The position numbers and the translations under genes were made by a program. From the NCBI GenBank assembly GCA_963812205.1, contig CAWEUJ010000004.1, positions 1,514,607 through 1,578,606 on the forward strand: a DNA stretch of 64,000 bases, written 5' to 3'. Each line of letters starts with the position of its first letter. Positions within the stretch are counted from its first letter, which is position 1. Under the pieces are notes generated by a model. That model had not been told where the DNA came from. It saw nothing but the letters and a program-made list of their open reading frames with translations, and ran no database searches. This stretch comes from an uncultured Actinomycetes bacterium (GTDB lineage: Bacteria; Actinomycetota; Acidimicrobiia; IMCC26256; PALSA-610). Shown here piece by piece: positions 10,717 through 19,915 of this stretch.

Positions 10717-11497
10717 TCAGGACTCTTGGGTTGGCTTCGTCGCCAGGAACGAGACACTCTTCACTCCGAACGTCTCGGTTGCTCCCTGCGCCGAGTCCGA
10801 GATGAAGCGGTACTGCGGGTTGTCTTGCACCGTGCGCAACTCGAGCCCGGCCTCGCCGATGGCACGCCGGTAGTCGTCCTGTTGCATCGCGCCACCGATG
10901 CACGACGCCCACAAGTTGACGTCGCAGACGATCGCCTCGGTCAGCTGGCGTTCAGTCACGATGTCGGAGATCGCCATCCGGCCGCCGGGCTTCAACATCC
11001 GGGCAATCTCGCGAAAGACCGCCGTCTTGTCGTCACAGAGATTGATGACCCCGTTGCTGATCAGGACGTCGACCGACGCGTCGGCCACCGGCGCTGCTTC
11101 GATGTAGCCCTTCTCGAAACGCACGCGGGTGAAACCGTCGCGTGTCGGCGAGGCGCCGTGCCTTGGCGAGTTGCTCGTCGGTCATGTCGATCCCAACGAC
11201 ATCTCCGTCGGGTACCGCGTGTTGCGCCGCGACGAATGCATCCATGCCCGCACCGCTGCCGAGATCGACCACACGCTCGCCGTTCGCGATCGCAGCCAAC
11301 GCGAGGTGGTAACCGACACCCGCGAACGACTCGATCGCTTCCGGAGGTACCGCGTCCAGTTCGCCGACTGGGTAACCGAGCCGCTGCGCCAGCACCCGTC
11401 CCAGCTCGAAGTGGAACTCGCCCTGCGGCGCCTCCGCGACCGCCCGGTACATGACCTTGACCTTGTCCCTGAGCTCGTCGACATCGATTCGTGCCAT
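10717..11497 (-). pseudogene. ArsM-like SAM-dependent methyltransferase, frameshift near 11140
   Basis: The N-terminal part (ERVVDLGSGAGMDAFVAA..VVGIDMTDEQLAKARRLA) and the C-terminal part ([42 protein letters not shown]) lie in different frames. Confidence 0.65.
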
Positions 11498-11946
11498 CAG
11501 GCCCCTCCTACTTCGCCAACCACGACGTCGCCGTCGGGCATGAACCCGGAGCACAGGAGGTCGAGGGCGTTGATGCGCTTGCCCGCGTGCACGTAGGCCT
11601 GCTGCTCGATGACGTGCCAGTGGTCATCGCCCCATGGTGTCGGGCGCAGGCGGAGCCGCCAGGCGAGATGGAGACGATCGCCGATGTCGCCCACGGTGCC
11701 GTCGAGGATCTCGAATTCGTCCGCGCTGCCGAACCAGGTCTGGAAGTTCTCCGCGATCTGCGCCGCGCCCTGGAACTCGGCCGGCCCGCTGGGGAGCAGC
11801 GCGCGCATCGTTGCTGCGGGATCGAAGCACTCGGACACGGCGGCGTAGTCCCGCTCCGCTAGCGCCTCGAGAAGCAGGCCGCCGACCGACCATCTCTTCG
11901 TCGGCGGTGGGTTTGCCTCGACCGGGAGTTGTCGTGAATCGCTCAT
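11497..11946 (-). CDS. SnoaL/NTF2-like small protein (hypothetical)
   Basis: About 150 aa with coding-like composition. Its stop overlaps the start of the downstream methyltransferase. Confidence 0.4.
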   Translation of the reverse strand: MSDSRQLPVEANPPPTKRWSVGGLLLEALAERDYAAVSECFDPAATMRALLPSGPAEFQGAAQIAENFQTWFGSADEFEILDGTVGDIGDRLHLAWRLRLRPTPWGDDHWHVIEQQAYVHAGKRINALDLLCSGFMPDGDVVVGEVGGA

Positions 11947-12008
11947 GCACCCGTTGTACGGCGCACCGGTCCTGCACCGCATCGGGTCTTCGCCCTATTT
12001 CTCGGCGC

Positions 12009-13583
12009 TCAGTCCGCGACTTCGCCCACCGTGATCAGCCCGTGCCGCATGGCGAACAGCGCGGCCGCGCCTCGGCTGGTCACGCCGAGCTTGGCGTAGA
12101 CGTGCTCCACGTGGGCGCTGACCGTCTTGGCCGAGATGGTCAACTCCTGCGCGATCTGCTTCTTGGTCATCCCCCGAGCAAGCAGCACCAGCACCTCGAC
12201 CTCTCGGGCGGTCAGCCCGCCCGCGTGAGCCGCTTGACGACGCACTCGATGCCCGGCCGCGTCCAGCACGGCCCGGACCGCGTCGCCGTCGAGGCGACCG
12301 TCGGTCACCTCCGACGCGAGCACCTCCCGGGCCGCCGTCCGGCGTGCAACGGCGCGCGGTGGGGTCGCGGTTCGAGCAGCGCGTGGTAGACGTCAGCGGC
12401 CGCGATCACGCGGGCGGTCATCGGGAGGGCGTCGGCCGTGAGGCCCGACGGGTAGCCGGAGCCGTCCATTCGCTCGTGGTGCATCGCCGCGAGCTGCCCG
12501 ATCGCGGCCAGCGCCGGGGGCTTCGAGAAGGTTCGCGCGGTGAGATAGGGGTGGGTGCGGATCCGCTCACGTTCGGCCTCGGTCAGCCGCCCGGCCTTGT
12601 CCAAGATTCCCGCCGACACGCCGATGACGCCGACGTCGTGCACGAGCGCAGCGCGACGCACGAGCACGATGTCGTCGTTCGGCAAGCCGATCGTGGCGGC
12701 CGCATTCGCGGCAAGCTGCGCGACTCCTCGCGAGTGTCCGAGCGTGAACGGCGACTTGATATCGGCGTAGTCGGCGAAGGCCTCCAGCACCTCGATCGAG
12801 TTCGTCGCCGGTGAGTTCACGCCCCAACGCACCGTGCCCGCCGATGAGCGTGTCCCAGCCGTCGAGCTCGTCGATGGAGGCGAGCAGCTCGTGGGCATGC
12901 GCGCAGAAGCGGTCGACGAGTTCCGGATCGAACTCCGTGGCGCGCCGGGAGCGGAGCATCTCGACCGCAGCGTCGACCCCGCCGATCCGATGCAACGCCT
13001 CCACGTCGTTGGCTACGTGGACGATCCGCATGATGCGGGCGATCTCGCAGCCCGATAGCTGGGCCGGAGAGCCCTTGCCGTCCCAGCGTTCGAACGCCTG
13101 CTGAAGCGGGTCGCGCACCTCGAGTCCGAGTCCGAGTCGCAGCGACAGTTCGCCCGAGGTTTCACAGTGGGCGGCCATCGACCGCTCGATCTCCTTCGAC
13201 CCGCCCGCAAGGAACCGACCGATCATCGTGAGCCGCCGGATCGGGGAGCTTCCGCTGGCGACGTGGCCGATCATGAAGCGCATCATCGGCAGACCGGTCA
13301 TGTCGACCAGGTAGCTGTCGGCCCGCACCGCCATGTCGTCGCCGAACCACTTGCCCATCTCGTGCGCGTCGGCCACGCAACCAACCCACGCGAGCAGCGA
13401 CACGTAGAAGATCGCGGTCCGCTCGTCGTCGGATAAGCCCTCGAGCTCAGCCACCCGCATCGCGATGAGCGTCTGGCGGATGATGTGCTGCTGCGGTTGA
13501 CCGAGCCCCAGATCGGTCGCGAGCGACAGCGCAGCCACCAGCTCAGCCAGCCGAACCCCGTCTCGAGCGCCCCTCATCTCCAC
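12009..13583 (-). pseudogene. HD/HD-GYP domain regulator with C-terminal LuxR-type HTH, two frameshifts (about 12800 and 12340)
   Basis: HDVG..HHERMDGSGYP (HD-GYP) in the middle frame, an N-terminal HD-like domain in ORF 12567..13583, and GGLTAREVEVLVLLARGMTKKQIAQELTISAKTVSAHVEHVYAKLGV (LuxR HTH) in ORF 12009..12323. Confidence 0.7.
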
Positions 13584-13791
13584 AGCGTACGAAAGCGTGC
13601 TCGGCTGCCCAACCCCTCAACCAGACGGTCGGCCCACAGCAGCGACGTCGCGTCGGCGCGTTTGGCAAATCGACTTCGGCGATCAGACGGGCACGGCCGC
13701 AATCGCAAACCGTACCGACGGGCGCGCCTTCACACGAGGACGTCGGGCAGGTCCATCAGTCTCTCAATTCGGGTCGATGAGCCCTACCGAT

Positions 13792-13807
13792 ATACCCCTA
13801 GGGGTAT
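13792..13807. promoter_or_regulatory. Perfect 16-bp palindrome ATACCCCTAGGGGTAT (CsoR/CstR-type operator-like)
   Basis: Lies about 25 bp upstream of the MBL-fold gene start (13831), in the divergent intergenic region. Confidence 0.5.
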
Positions 13808-13830
13808 GACGTTAGCACCCATGACAAGGG

Positions 13831-14520
13831 GTGGGCGGTATGGCGGCATGGGGCGCGGTGTACGACTGGGTGGTCATCGAGGTCGGCGATGTCCGTGTGA
13901 TCCAGGTGCGGCGGCGCGGCAAAGGCTGTCTGTCGTACCTCGTCGGTGACGGTGACGGTGACGGTGACGGTGACGGTGCCGGCGATGCAGCCTTCGTCGT
14001 CGATCTGTCGATCGACATGGACATCTACTTCGAGATCGCGGCGGAACACGGCTGGCGAATCGCGCACGTGTTCGACCCGCATCTGCATGCCGACCACCTC
14101 TTCGGGCGCGCGGACATTGGCCGCGCGGGCGAATGCGGTGTTGCACCTCAACCCGGCGGACACGTTCGACTTCGCGTTCACCCCGCCGCACGATGGCGAC
14201 CGCTTCCCTCTCGGCGCGCAAAGTGCGCTGTCGGTGGCGGCACTGCGAACGCCGGACCATACGGAAGGTTCGACGATCTACTTCGTCGGCGATCGCGTCG
14301 TGTTGGCCGGCGACACGCTTCTTGTCGACGGCGTCGGTCGACCGGATCTTGCCGAACGGGCCGAGGAGTTCGCGCACAATCTCTGCCGTTGCTCCGCGAT
14401 CGCGTCCTGACGCTGCCCAATGACGCGTTTGATGCTCGCCACTGGCGATCGTACAGACGAACAGATGAAGGGCGCCCGGACAAGCCCGAGCCCTCACCTA
14501 GTGATGTGGCGCGTGCGTAG
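13831..14520 (+). pseudogene. MBL-fold hydrolase (persulfide dioxygenase-like), frameshifts near 14100 and 14385, 3' part degenerate
   Basis: CLSYLVGDG..AFVVD..HVFDPHLHADH in frame 1. SGARTLAARANAVLHLNPAD..TPDHTEGSTIYFVGDRVVLAGDTLLVDGVGRPDL in frame 2. LRDRVLTLPNDA in a third frame. Confidence 0.6.
13945..13980 (+). repeat. (GGTGAC)5 + GGTGCC hexanucleotide repeat encoding GDGDGDGDGDGA
   Basis: Direct reading of the sequence, inside the MBL-fold gene. Confidence 0.95.
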
Positions 14521-14548
14521 CACGCGGTTGGTCTGTCCTAACCTTTGA

Positions 14549-15613
14549 TTGATGCGGTTGCGTCAGCCTGGGGTGTTCGATGCATTGGCGGCAGCGGGAT
14601 TGTTTGGTGCCGCAACGCCGCTCGCGAGCCGACTTGTCGGGGCGACTTCGCCGCAGGTGCTCGCGGGGTTGCTGTACCTCGGAAGCGGCGTGGTGTTGTG
14701 GGTGTCGATGTGGTGGTGGCCTGCGCGTCGCGAAGCGCCGTTGACCCGTCGGGAGCTGCCCGCGCTCTCGGGAGCGATCTTCTTCGGTGGCGGGCTCGGA
14801 CCGGTGCTCTTGGTGATCGGTCTGCGCACCACTCCCGCGGCGAGCGCTTCGTTGCTCCTCAACCTCGAAGTGGTGTTCACAGCTCTCGTCGCATGGCTCG
14901 CATTCCACGAGGGATTCAGCCCCCGCGTCGGTGTTGGTCTCGGACTGATACTCGGCGGCGGCGTGCTCGTCTCATGGCAGCCCGGCCACGTCGGCTTCAC
15001 CTGGGGAGCATTCGCGATCGGCGGCGCGTGCGCGTGTTGGGCGCTCGACAACAACCTCACCCAGCTCGTCTCCGCCAAGGATCCGCGTCAGATCGCGACC
15101 CTCAAAGGCGTCGTCGCGGGGAGCACGAATCTGGCGATCGGGCTCCTTGTCGGCGGGACGCTCCCGAGTGTTGGGACGACTGCGGGGGCGATCACCATCG
15201 GCGTGTTCGGCTACGGCATCAGTCTGATGCTGTTCGTCAGCGCGTTGCGCGCGCTCGGCGCGGCTCGCACCGGCGCCTTCTTCGCGGTTGCGCCGTTCGC
15301 GGGCGTCGTCGTTGCGATCGTCGTACTCGGTGACGCGATTCCATCGCTTCTCCTGCCGGCGGGCGCGCTGATGGGAGTCGGGGTGTGGCTCTACATCTCC
15401 GAGCATCACGAACATCGCCACGCGCACGAAGCCGTCACGCACACCCACATGCACACCCACGACGATCAGCATCACGAGCACGAACACCCGCCCGGGACCG
15501 ACCTGTCCTCGCCGCACAGTCACGAACACAGTCACCCTGCGCTCGTTCACGATCATGCTCACCGGCCGGACATCCATCACCGGCACCGGCACGACGCCAC
15601 CAGCACGTCCTAG
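14549..15613 (+). CDS. EamA/DMT-family transporter with His-rich C-terminal tail
   Basis: Ten hydrophobic segments and two EamA-like halves. The last about 75 aa are HEHRHAHEAVTHTHMHTHDDQHHEHEHPP..HSHEHSHPALVHDHAHRPDIHHRHRH. Confidence 0.75.
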   Translation: MMRLRQPGVFDALAAAGLFGAATPLASRLVGATSPQVLAGLLYLGSGVVLWVSMWWWPARREAPLTRRELPALSGAIFFGGGLGPVLLVIGLRTTPAASASLLLNLEVVFTALVAWLAFHEGFSPRVGVGLGLILGGGVLVSWQPGHVGFTWGAFAIGGACACWALDNNLTQLVSAKDPRQIATLKGVVAGSTNLAIGLLVGGTLPSVGTTAGAITIGVFGYGISLMLFVSALRALGAARTGAFFAVAPFAGVVVAIVVLGDAIPSLLLPAGALMGVGVWLYISEHHEHRHAHEAVTHTHMHTHDDQHHEHEHPPGTDLSSPHSHEHSHPALVHDHAHRPDIHHRHRHDATSTS

Positions 15614-16091
15614 CGCGGTCGCCATCGGTCACGCGGAATGGCAGAGGTGTACTAGCGATGGACGGCCGCGGTCGACGAGTGAACGGGCCTTCGGGTGACC
15701 TGAGGCGCGTGGAAGATGCAAATAGGACGCCGCGGGTTGGGCATGAAGCGGGGCGTTCATCGAGCGGAGCGAGGGCGTTCCGGCCTTTGCGAGCAGATGG
15801 AGCGCGGCGTTCGAGTGAACCGGGAGCAGCACTCACTCGATGTCACCGAAATGTCACCAACACGCGAGTGCGTATTGCCCTGATGGAGGATCTGGTGCAC
15901 GTCGTTGCGGTGTTTTCGTAGCGTCGAGGGCGCCGGCGGGTGGTCCCGATAATGCCCTGCCGTCTTCGGGTTGGCTTCTGAGCGATGAGTCTGCCCGCCG
16001 GTTCCCGTGCTGTGGCGTGGCTCGAAACAGGAACGGCATCCCCGCATCAGGAGTGCCCGCCGCGGCGACCAACTTCTGAGGAGGAGGACAC

Positions 16092-17109
16092 GTGTTCATC
16101 ATTGGGATTGACCCGCACAAGGGTTCGCATACGGCCGTCGCGATCGACGGTGACGAACAGCTCGTTGGTGAGCTGTTGGTGCGTGCCGATCGCCGACAAC
16201 GTGAGCGACTGTTGTGCTGGGCGGCGGAGTTCGAACCCCGTGTGTGGGCAGTCGAAGGCGCGACCGGGACCGGTGCCTTGCTCGCCCAGCAGCTCGTCGC
16301 GCGGGCGAGACCGTGTTGGATGTCCCGCCCGCGTTGTCGGCGAGGGCACGGCTGTTGGACTCCGGCCACAAGGACAAGACCGATCCCTACGACGCGCGCT
16401 CGGCCGCGATCGTCGCGCTCCACAACCGCAAGCTCCGCCCGGTCGCGCTCGAGGACCACCGCCAGATCCTGCGGATACTGGCCCGACGACACCATCAGCT
16501 CACCGCGGCCCGGACCCGCGCGATCTGCCGGTTGCACGCGGTGCTGTGTGAGATGACCGAAGGCGGATTACCCCCAAGACTTTCGGCGAAACGGGCCGCG
16601 TTCGAGCTTCGCAAGCTCCGTCCGTGTGATGCGGTCGGGATCGAACGCAAGCGCATCGCTTCGGAGTTCCTCGACGAGGTCCGCCGCGCCGATCACGCGC
16701 TCGTCGAGCTCCGTCGCCGTGTTGATGTCGCGGTCGTCGGCGTCAAACACGACGGTCACCGACGTGCACGGCGTCGGTGCGATCGTCGCCGCGTACCTGA
16801 TCGGCTACACCGGCGACATCTGCCGGTTCCCGACCGCTGGCCACTACGCCCGTTACAACGCGACCGCGCCGATCGAAGCGTCCTCGGGACCGAAGAAGCG
16901 GCATCGGTTGAACCTGGCCGGGAACCGGCAACTCAACCACGCGATCCACATCGCCGCGCTCAGCCAGATCAGTCACGACACACCCGGCCGCGCGGTACTA
17001 CCTCGCGAAACAAGCCGCGGGGAAGTCCCGCAAGGAAGCGATGCGCTGCTTGAAACGACGGATCAGCAACGCCGTCTACCGACAGCTCCGCGCCGACATC
17101 ACCAGCTGA
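16092..17109 (+). mobile_element. IS110-family (DEDD) transposase gene, three frameshifts (about 16300, 16738, 16993)
   Basis: MFIIGIDPHKGSHTAVAID.. N-terminus. The frame-stitched reading gives ..GETVLDVPPALSARARLLDSGHKDKTDPYDA.., ..VTDVHGVGAIVAAYLIGYTGDICRFPTAGHYARYNATAPIEASSG..RLNLAGNRQLN.., and the tail ..YYLAKQAAGKSRKEAMRCLKRRISNAVYRQL. GAGGAGGAGGA lies before the GTG start. Confidence 0.85.
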
Positions 17110-17310
17110 ACGCAACGGGCCCGGGAAGGCAATCAGGGGCGACTCTGAATCCAGCGCGGCCGGCAGATCCCTGAACACCGGCACTTCGGAAAGGCCATTC
17201 CCGGACCCGAACCACAACGTTAGAACCGAAAACCGATCCTGTCACCAGGATCACCCGAACGCGCCCGAACAGACCCCGAAAACCTGGCCCTTGACACAAA
17301 CAGGGTTCGA

Positions 17311-18162
17311 TCAGCGGTGCGATATGGCGAGCAGGTAGGGAGCGGCGAGTCGACAGGTGCCGTCGCTTGCTTCGTTGGATTCTGCGAGTGCCGCGCGTAA
17401 CGCGTTGAGGGCTTCGTCGGCACGGCCGAGACTTGACGCGGTTTCCATGAACTGCACGTAGGGCCCGGAGGCACCGACGAACGTCTTCAGCGCGTCTTCT
17501 TCGGACGAGAACCGGAACGCGAACGACCGGCGCTCGACCGTCGCGGGCAAGCCGGCCGCAGCGAACCGTCTGAGGACTTCGTCGGGGTCGCCCCACTCGT
17601 CGGGGGTTGGGCTGCCCGGCGGTGGCGCAGGCAGGAGGTGGGCGGCGTGGGAACGCCAGCGGTGCGACCATCCACCCTCAGCCCACGTCGTGATGGCCAC
17701 GGTGCCGCCCGGGCGGCATACCCGAGCCATCTCCGCGATGGCCCGGGTGTGATTCGGGGCGAAGATCATCCCCATCACGCTGAGCACGACATCGAAGCCG
17801 GCATCGGGCACATCCATCGCTTCGGCGTTCCCCACGCGCAGATCGACCTGCACGCCTTCGGCAGCACAACGGAGCCGGGCCCGCTCGATCTGCGCGGGCG
17901 TGAGGTCGATACCCGTCACGGTCGCACCGCGTCGGGCCGCTTCGATCGCCGCGTTCCCGCTGCCGACACCAACATCGAGCACCCGATCACCGGACCGAAT
18001 CCCAACCGCCTCGACGGTCTCCACGCTGATCGGCAAGAGGTGACGAGCGATGATCGGATAGTCGCCGATCGTCCACACCCGTCGTTGTGCATCGATAGCT
18101 CGGTCGGTCACGATGCCAGTGTTGCACCCGGCACCGCGATGATTTGCATTTCGCAAGCGCAC
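17311..18162 (-). CDS. Class I SAM-dependent methyltransferase
   Basis: VLDVGVGSGNAAIEAARRG motif I, DVVLSVMGMIF, and RPGGTVAITTW. Confidence 0.75.
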   Translation of the reverse strand: MRLRNANHRGAGCNTGIVTDRAIDAQRRVWTIGDYPIIARHLLPISVETVEAVGIRSGDRVLDVGVGSGNAAIEAARRGATVTGIDLTPAQIERARLRCAAEGVQVDLRVGNAEAMDVPDAGFDVVLSVMGMIFAPNHTRAIAEMARVCRPGGTVAITTWAEGGWSHRWRSHAAHLLPAPPPGSPTPDEWGDPDEVLRRFAAAGLPATVERRSFAFRFSSEEDALKTFVGASGPYVQFMETASSLGRADEALNALRAALAESNEASDGTCRLAAPYLLAISHR

Positions 18163-18196
18163 TCATCGCGGTCGTTCAGCACCTCGTAATCGCAGG

Positions 18197-18727
18197 TCAG
18201 CCGCCCATGCCGGGCATGCTGTGATCGCTGGTCTGACGGTCGAACCAAGCGTGAAGCGCTGAGACCAACGCAGGTTCCGTGGCCGTGTAGGTGATTTGTG
18301 CTCCAGCGGCGGTCTGCGCGTAGACCACTTTGATGCGGGTCACGCCTTGTTCCATCTCGTTGACGCCGGGCATGTCCATGCCGTGAATCTTGGCGGGGTC
18401 GGAGTAGTTGCCCTGACGGAAGTTCTCGGCTTCGATCTTCAAGTGAGCGCGGATGAGGTCGCGGTCGCGGGTGTCCGAGGGTTCGTTGACCTCGACCTTC
18501 TCGACGCCGCCTTGCGGAGTCTGCGTGAAGGTGTGAGTGGTCCGGCTGAGGTCGAACGGCATGACTTGTTGAGCACGGGCCGCCATCGCGGTGTCCGCGG
18601 TTTGGTGATGGTCGCGTCCGAACGCATACCAGGCGCCACCGGCGGCCGCGATCATCAATACCGCCAAAGCAGCGACTCGCCACCGACGCGTTCGGACCGG
18701 GATCGTTGCTTCACCAGAGGTGTTCAC
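18197..18727 (-). CDS. Membrane-anchored secreted protein with Met/His-rich motifs (possible metal binding)
   Basis: GTG start at 18727 with GAAGGG upstream. N-terminal TM segment (WRVAALAVLMIAAAGGAW). HGMDMPG and a C-terminal DHSMPGMGG. The function is a guess. Confidence 0.45.
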   Translation of the reverse strand: MNTSGEATIPVRTRRWRVAALAVLMIAAAGGAWYAFGRDHHQTADTAMAARAQQVMPFDLSRTTHTFTQTPQGGVEKVEVNEPSDTRDRDLIRAHLKIEAENFRQGNYSDPAKIHGMDMPGVNEMEQGVTRIKVVYAQTAAGAQITYTATEPALVSALHAWFDRQTSDHSMPGMGG

Positions 18728-18801
18728 GAAGTGCCCTTCACTCGGAGCGCTCGTCGGCGTGGTCGCCAATGTTGCGTTTGGTCGATAGTTGGTTGAGCCG
18801 A

Positions 18802-19152
18802 CTAGAAGGTCACCGTCTTGTCGGCCCACAGGACCCAGTCGGTGACTTCCTCGAGCGAAGAACGGCGGGCGGAGCTGACAACCATTTCGTCGGTGATGCC
18901 GCGTGCGGCCATGCATGTGCCACACAGCCCGACCTCGGCGCCGTGATGCGCGGCCGAGCTGATCATCCGGTCGAGGTGGTAGTAGCCGTCGGGTACGGTC
19001 TGGCCGCTCATCGCGCACGTGACTGAGTCGCCGAAGCAGAAGACGCGCACGGCGACGTCGTCGCGCTTGGCGAGCGAACCCGCGAGCCGTAGGCCGTTGT
19101 AGGAGCGTTCGTCGCCGTAGGCCGGTCCCTGGAGAATGATCAAGACGTTCAT
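18802..19152 (-). CDS. DsrE/TusD-like family protein
   Basis: MNVLIILQGPAYGDERSYNGLRLA.. and LCGTCMAARG. ATGA overlap with the upstream arsR-rhodanese gene. Confidence 0.6.
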   Translation of the reverse strand: MNVLIILQGPAYGDERSYNGLRLAGSLAKRDDVAVRVFCFGDSVTCAMSGQTVPDGYYHLDRMISSAAHHGAEVGLCGTCMAARGITDEMVVSSARRSSLEEVTDWVLWADKTVTF

Positions 19153-19820
19153 GCTGTGATCCCCATTTCGATGGGCAGGCCGGCGCGTCGCCACTCGGGG
19201 TAGCCGTCCTCGAGCCGCCGGGCGGGGAGTGCCTTGCGTCGGAGTTGGCGGACGGCGTCGTCGGCGAAAACGCAGAATGGCCCGCGGCAGTACGCGACGA
19301 TCTCGATGTCGGCCGGAAGGTCGCGCAGCGTGCGACGCAGCCGCTCGATTGGGATCGAGCGTGCACCTGCGATGTGTCCCGCTTCATATTCAGCGGTGGG
19401 GCGTACGTCGAGCACGATGACGTCGCCCTCGCGGAGGCGGCGCGCAAGTTCGTCGCGCGTGATCTTTTCGATGCCGTCGCGTCGGCCGAGGTACGCGAGG
19501 GCGAGTTGGTCGAGCGTTGCGTGATGATCCCCGGCGACGTCGCGCACCGCGCCCCAGAGATCGCCTACTCGTTCGCCAGCGAGCCGGTAGTAGATGCGCG
19601 TGCCGTCGCGTCGGGTGGTCACGAGGCCGGCAGCAGCGAGGCTGCGGAGATGGTGGGACGTGTTGGCGACGCTCTGGTCGATCTCTGTGGCGAGCTGCTC
19701 GACGTGGCGTTCGCCTTGGCCCAACACGTCGATGATCTCGGCGCGCCGCCCGTTCCCGAGTGCTTTGGCGACCTCGGCGAACGCGTCGTAGAGCGCGTCC
19801 TTCGCGACCCGATCAGCCAC
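19149..19820 (-). CDS. ArsR/SmtB-family HTH regulator fused to a rhodanese domain
   Basis: The N-terminal half has the ArsR wHTH (..RRAEIIDVLGQGERHVEQLATEIDQSVANTSHHLRSLAAAGLV..). The C-terminal half is rhodanese (VLDVRPTAEYEAGHIAGARSIP..AYCRGPFC). Confidence 0.8.
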   Translation of the reverse strand: MADRVAKDALYDAFAEVAKALGNGRRAEIIDVLGQGERHVEQLATEIDQSVANTSHHLRSLAAAGLVTTRRDGTRIYYRLAGERVGDLWGAVRDVAGDHHATLDQLALAYLGRRDGIEKITRDELARRLREGDVIVLDVRPTAEYEAGHIAGARSIPIERLRRTLRDLPADIEIVAYCRGPFCVFADDAVRQLRRKALPARRLEDGYPEWRRAGLPIEMGITA

Positions 19821-19852
19821 CGTCGACCTCTCCTCGGATCCTCAAACTAACG

Positions 19853-19901
19853 CTTGAATAGTAGCAGGCGGTCCCCTATATTCAAAGTCTTCCTTGAATA
19901 G
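19853..19901. promoter_or_regulatory. Three TTGAATA/TATTCAA half-sites in the arsR-rhodanese / MBL-rhodanese divergent promoter
   Basis: cTTGAATAg at 19853-19861, cTATATTCAA at 19876-19885, cTTGAATAg at 19893-19901. The AT-rich inverted repeats stand out from the GC-rich background. Confidence 0.5.
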
Positions 19902-19915
19902 GGGGATGACCCGTC

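Noticed and set aside
13945-13980. CRISPR array or other spacer-repeat structure at the tandem repeats (13945, 40038, 49364, 62778).
   Set aside because: The units are 6 nt, contiguous, without spacers and in-frame within coding sequence. These are microsatellites, not CRISPR repeats. I noticed no 25-40 nt repeat-spacer periodicity anywhere in the window.
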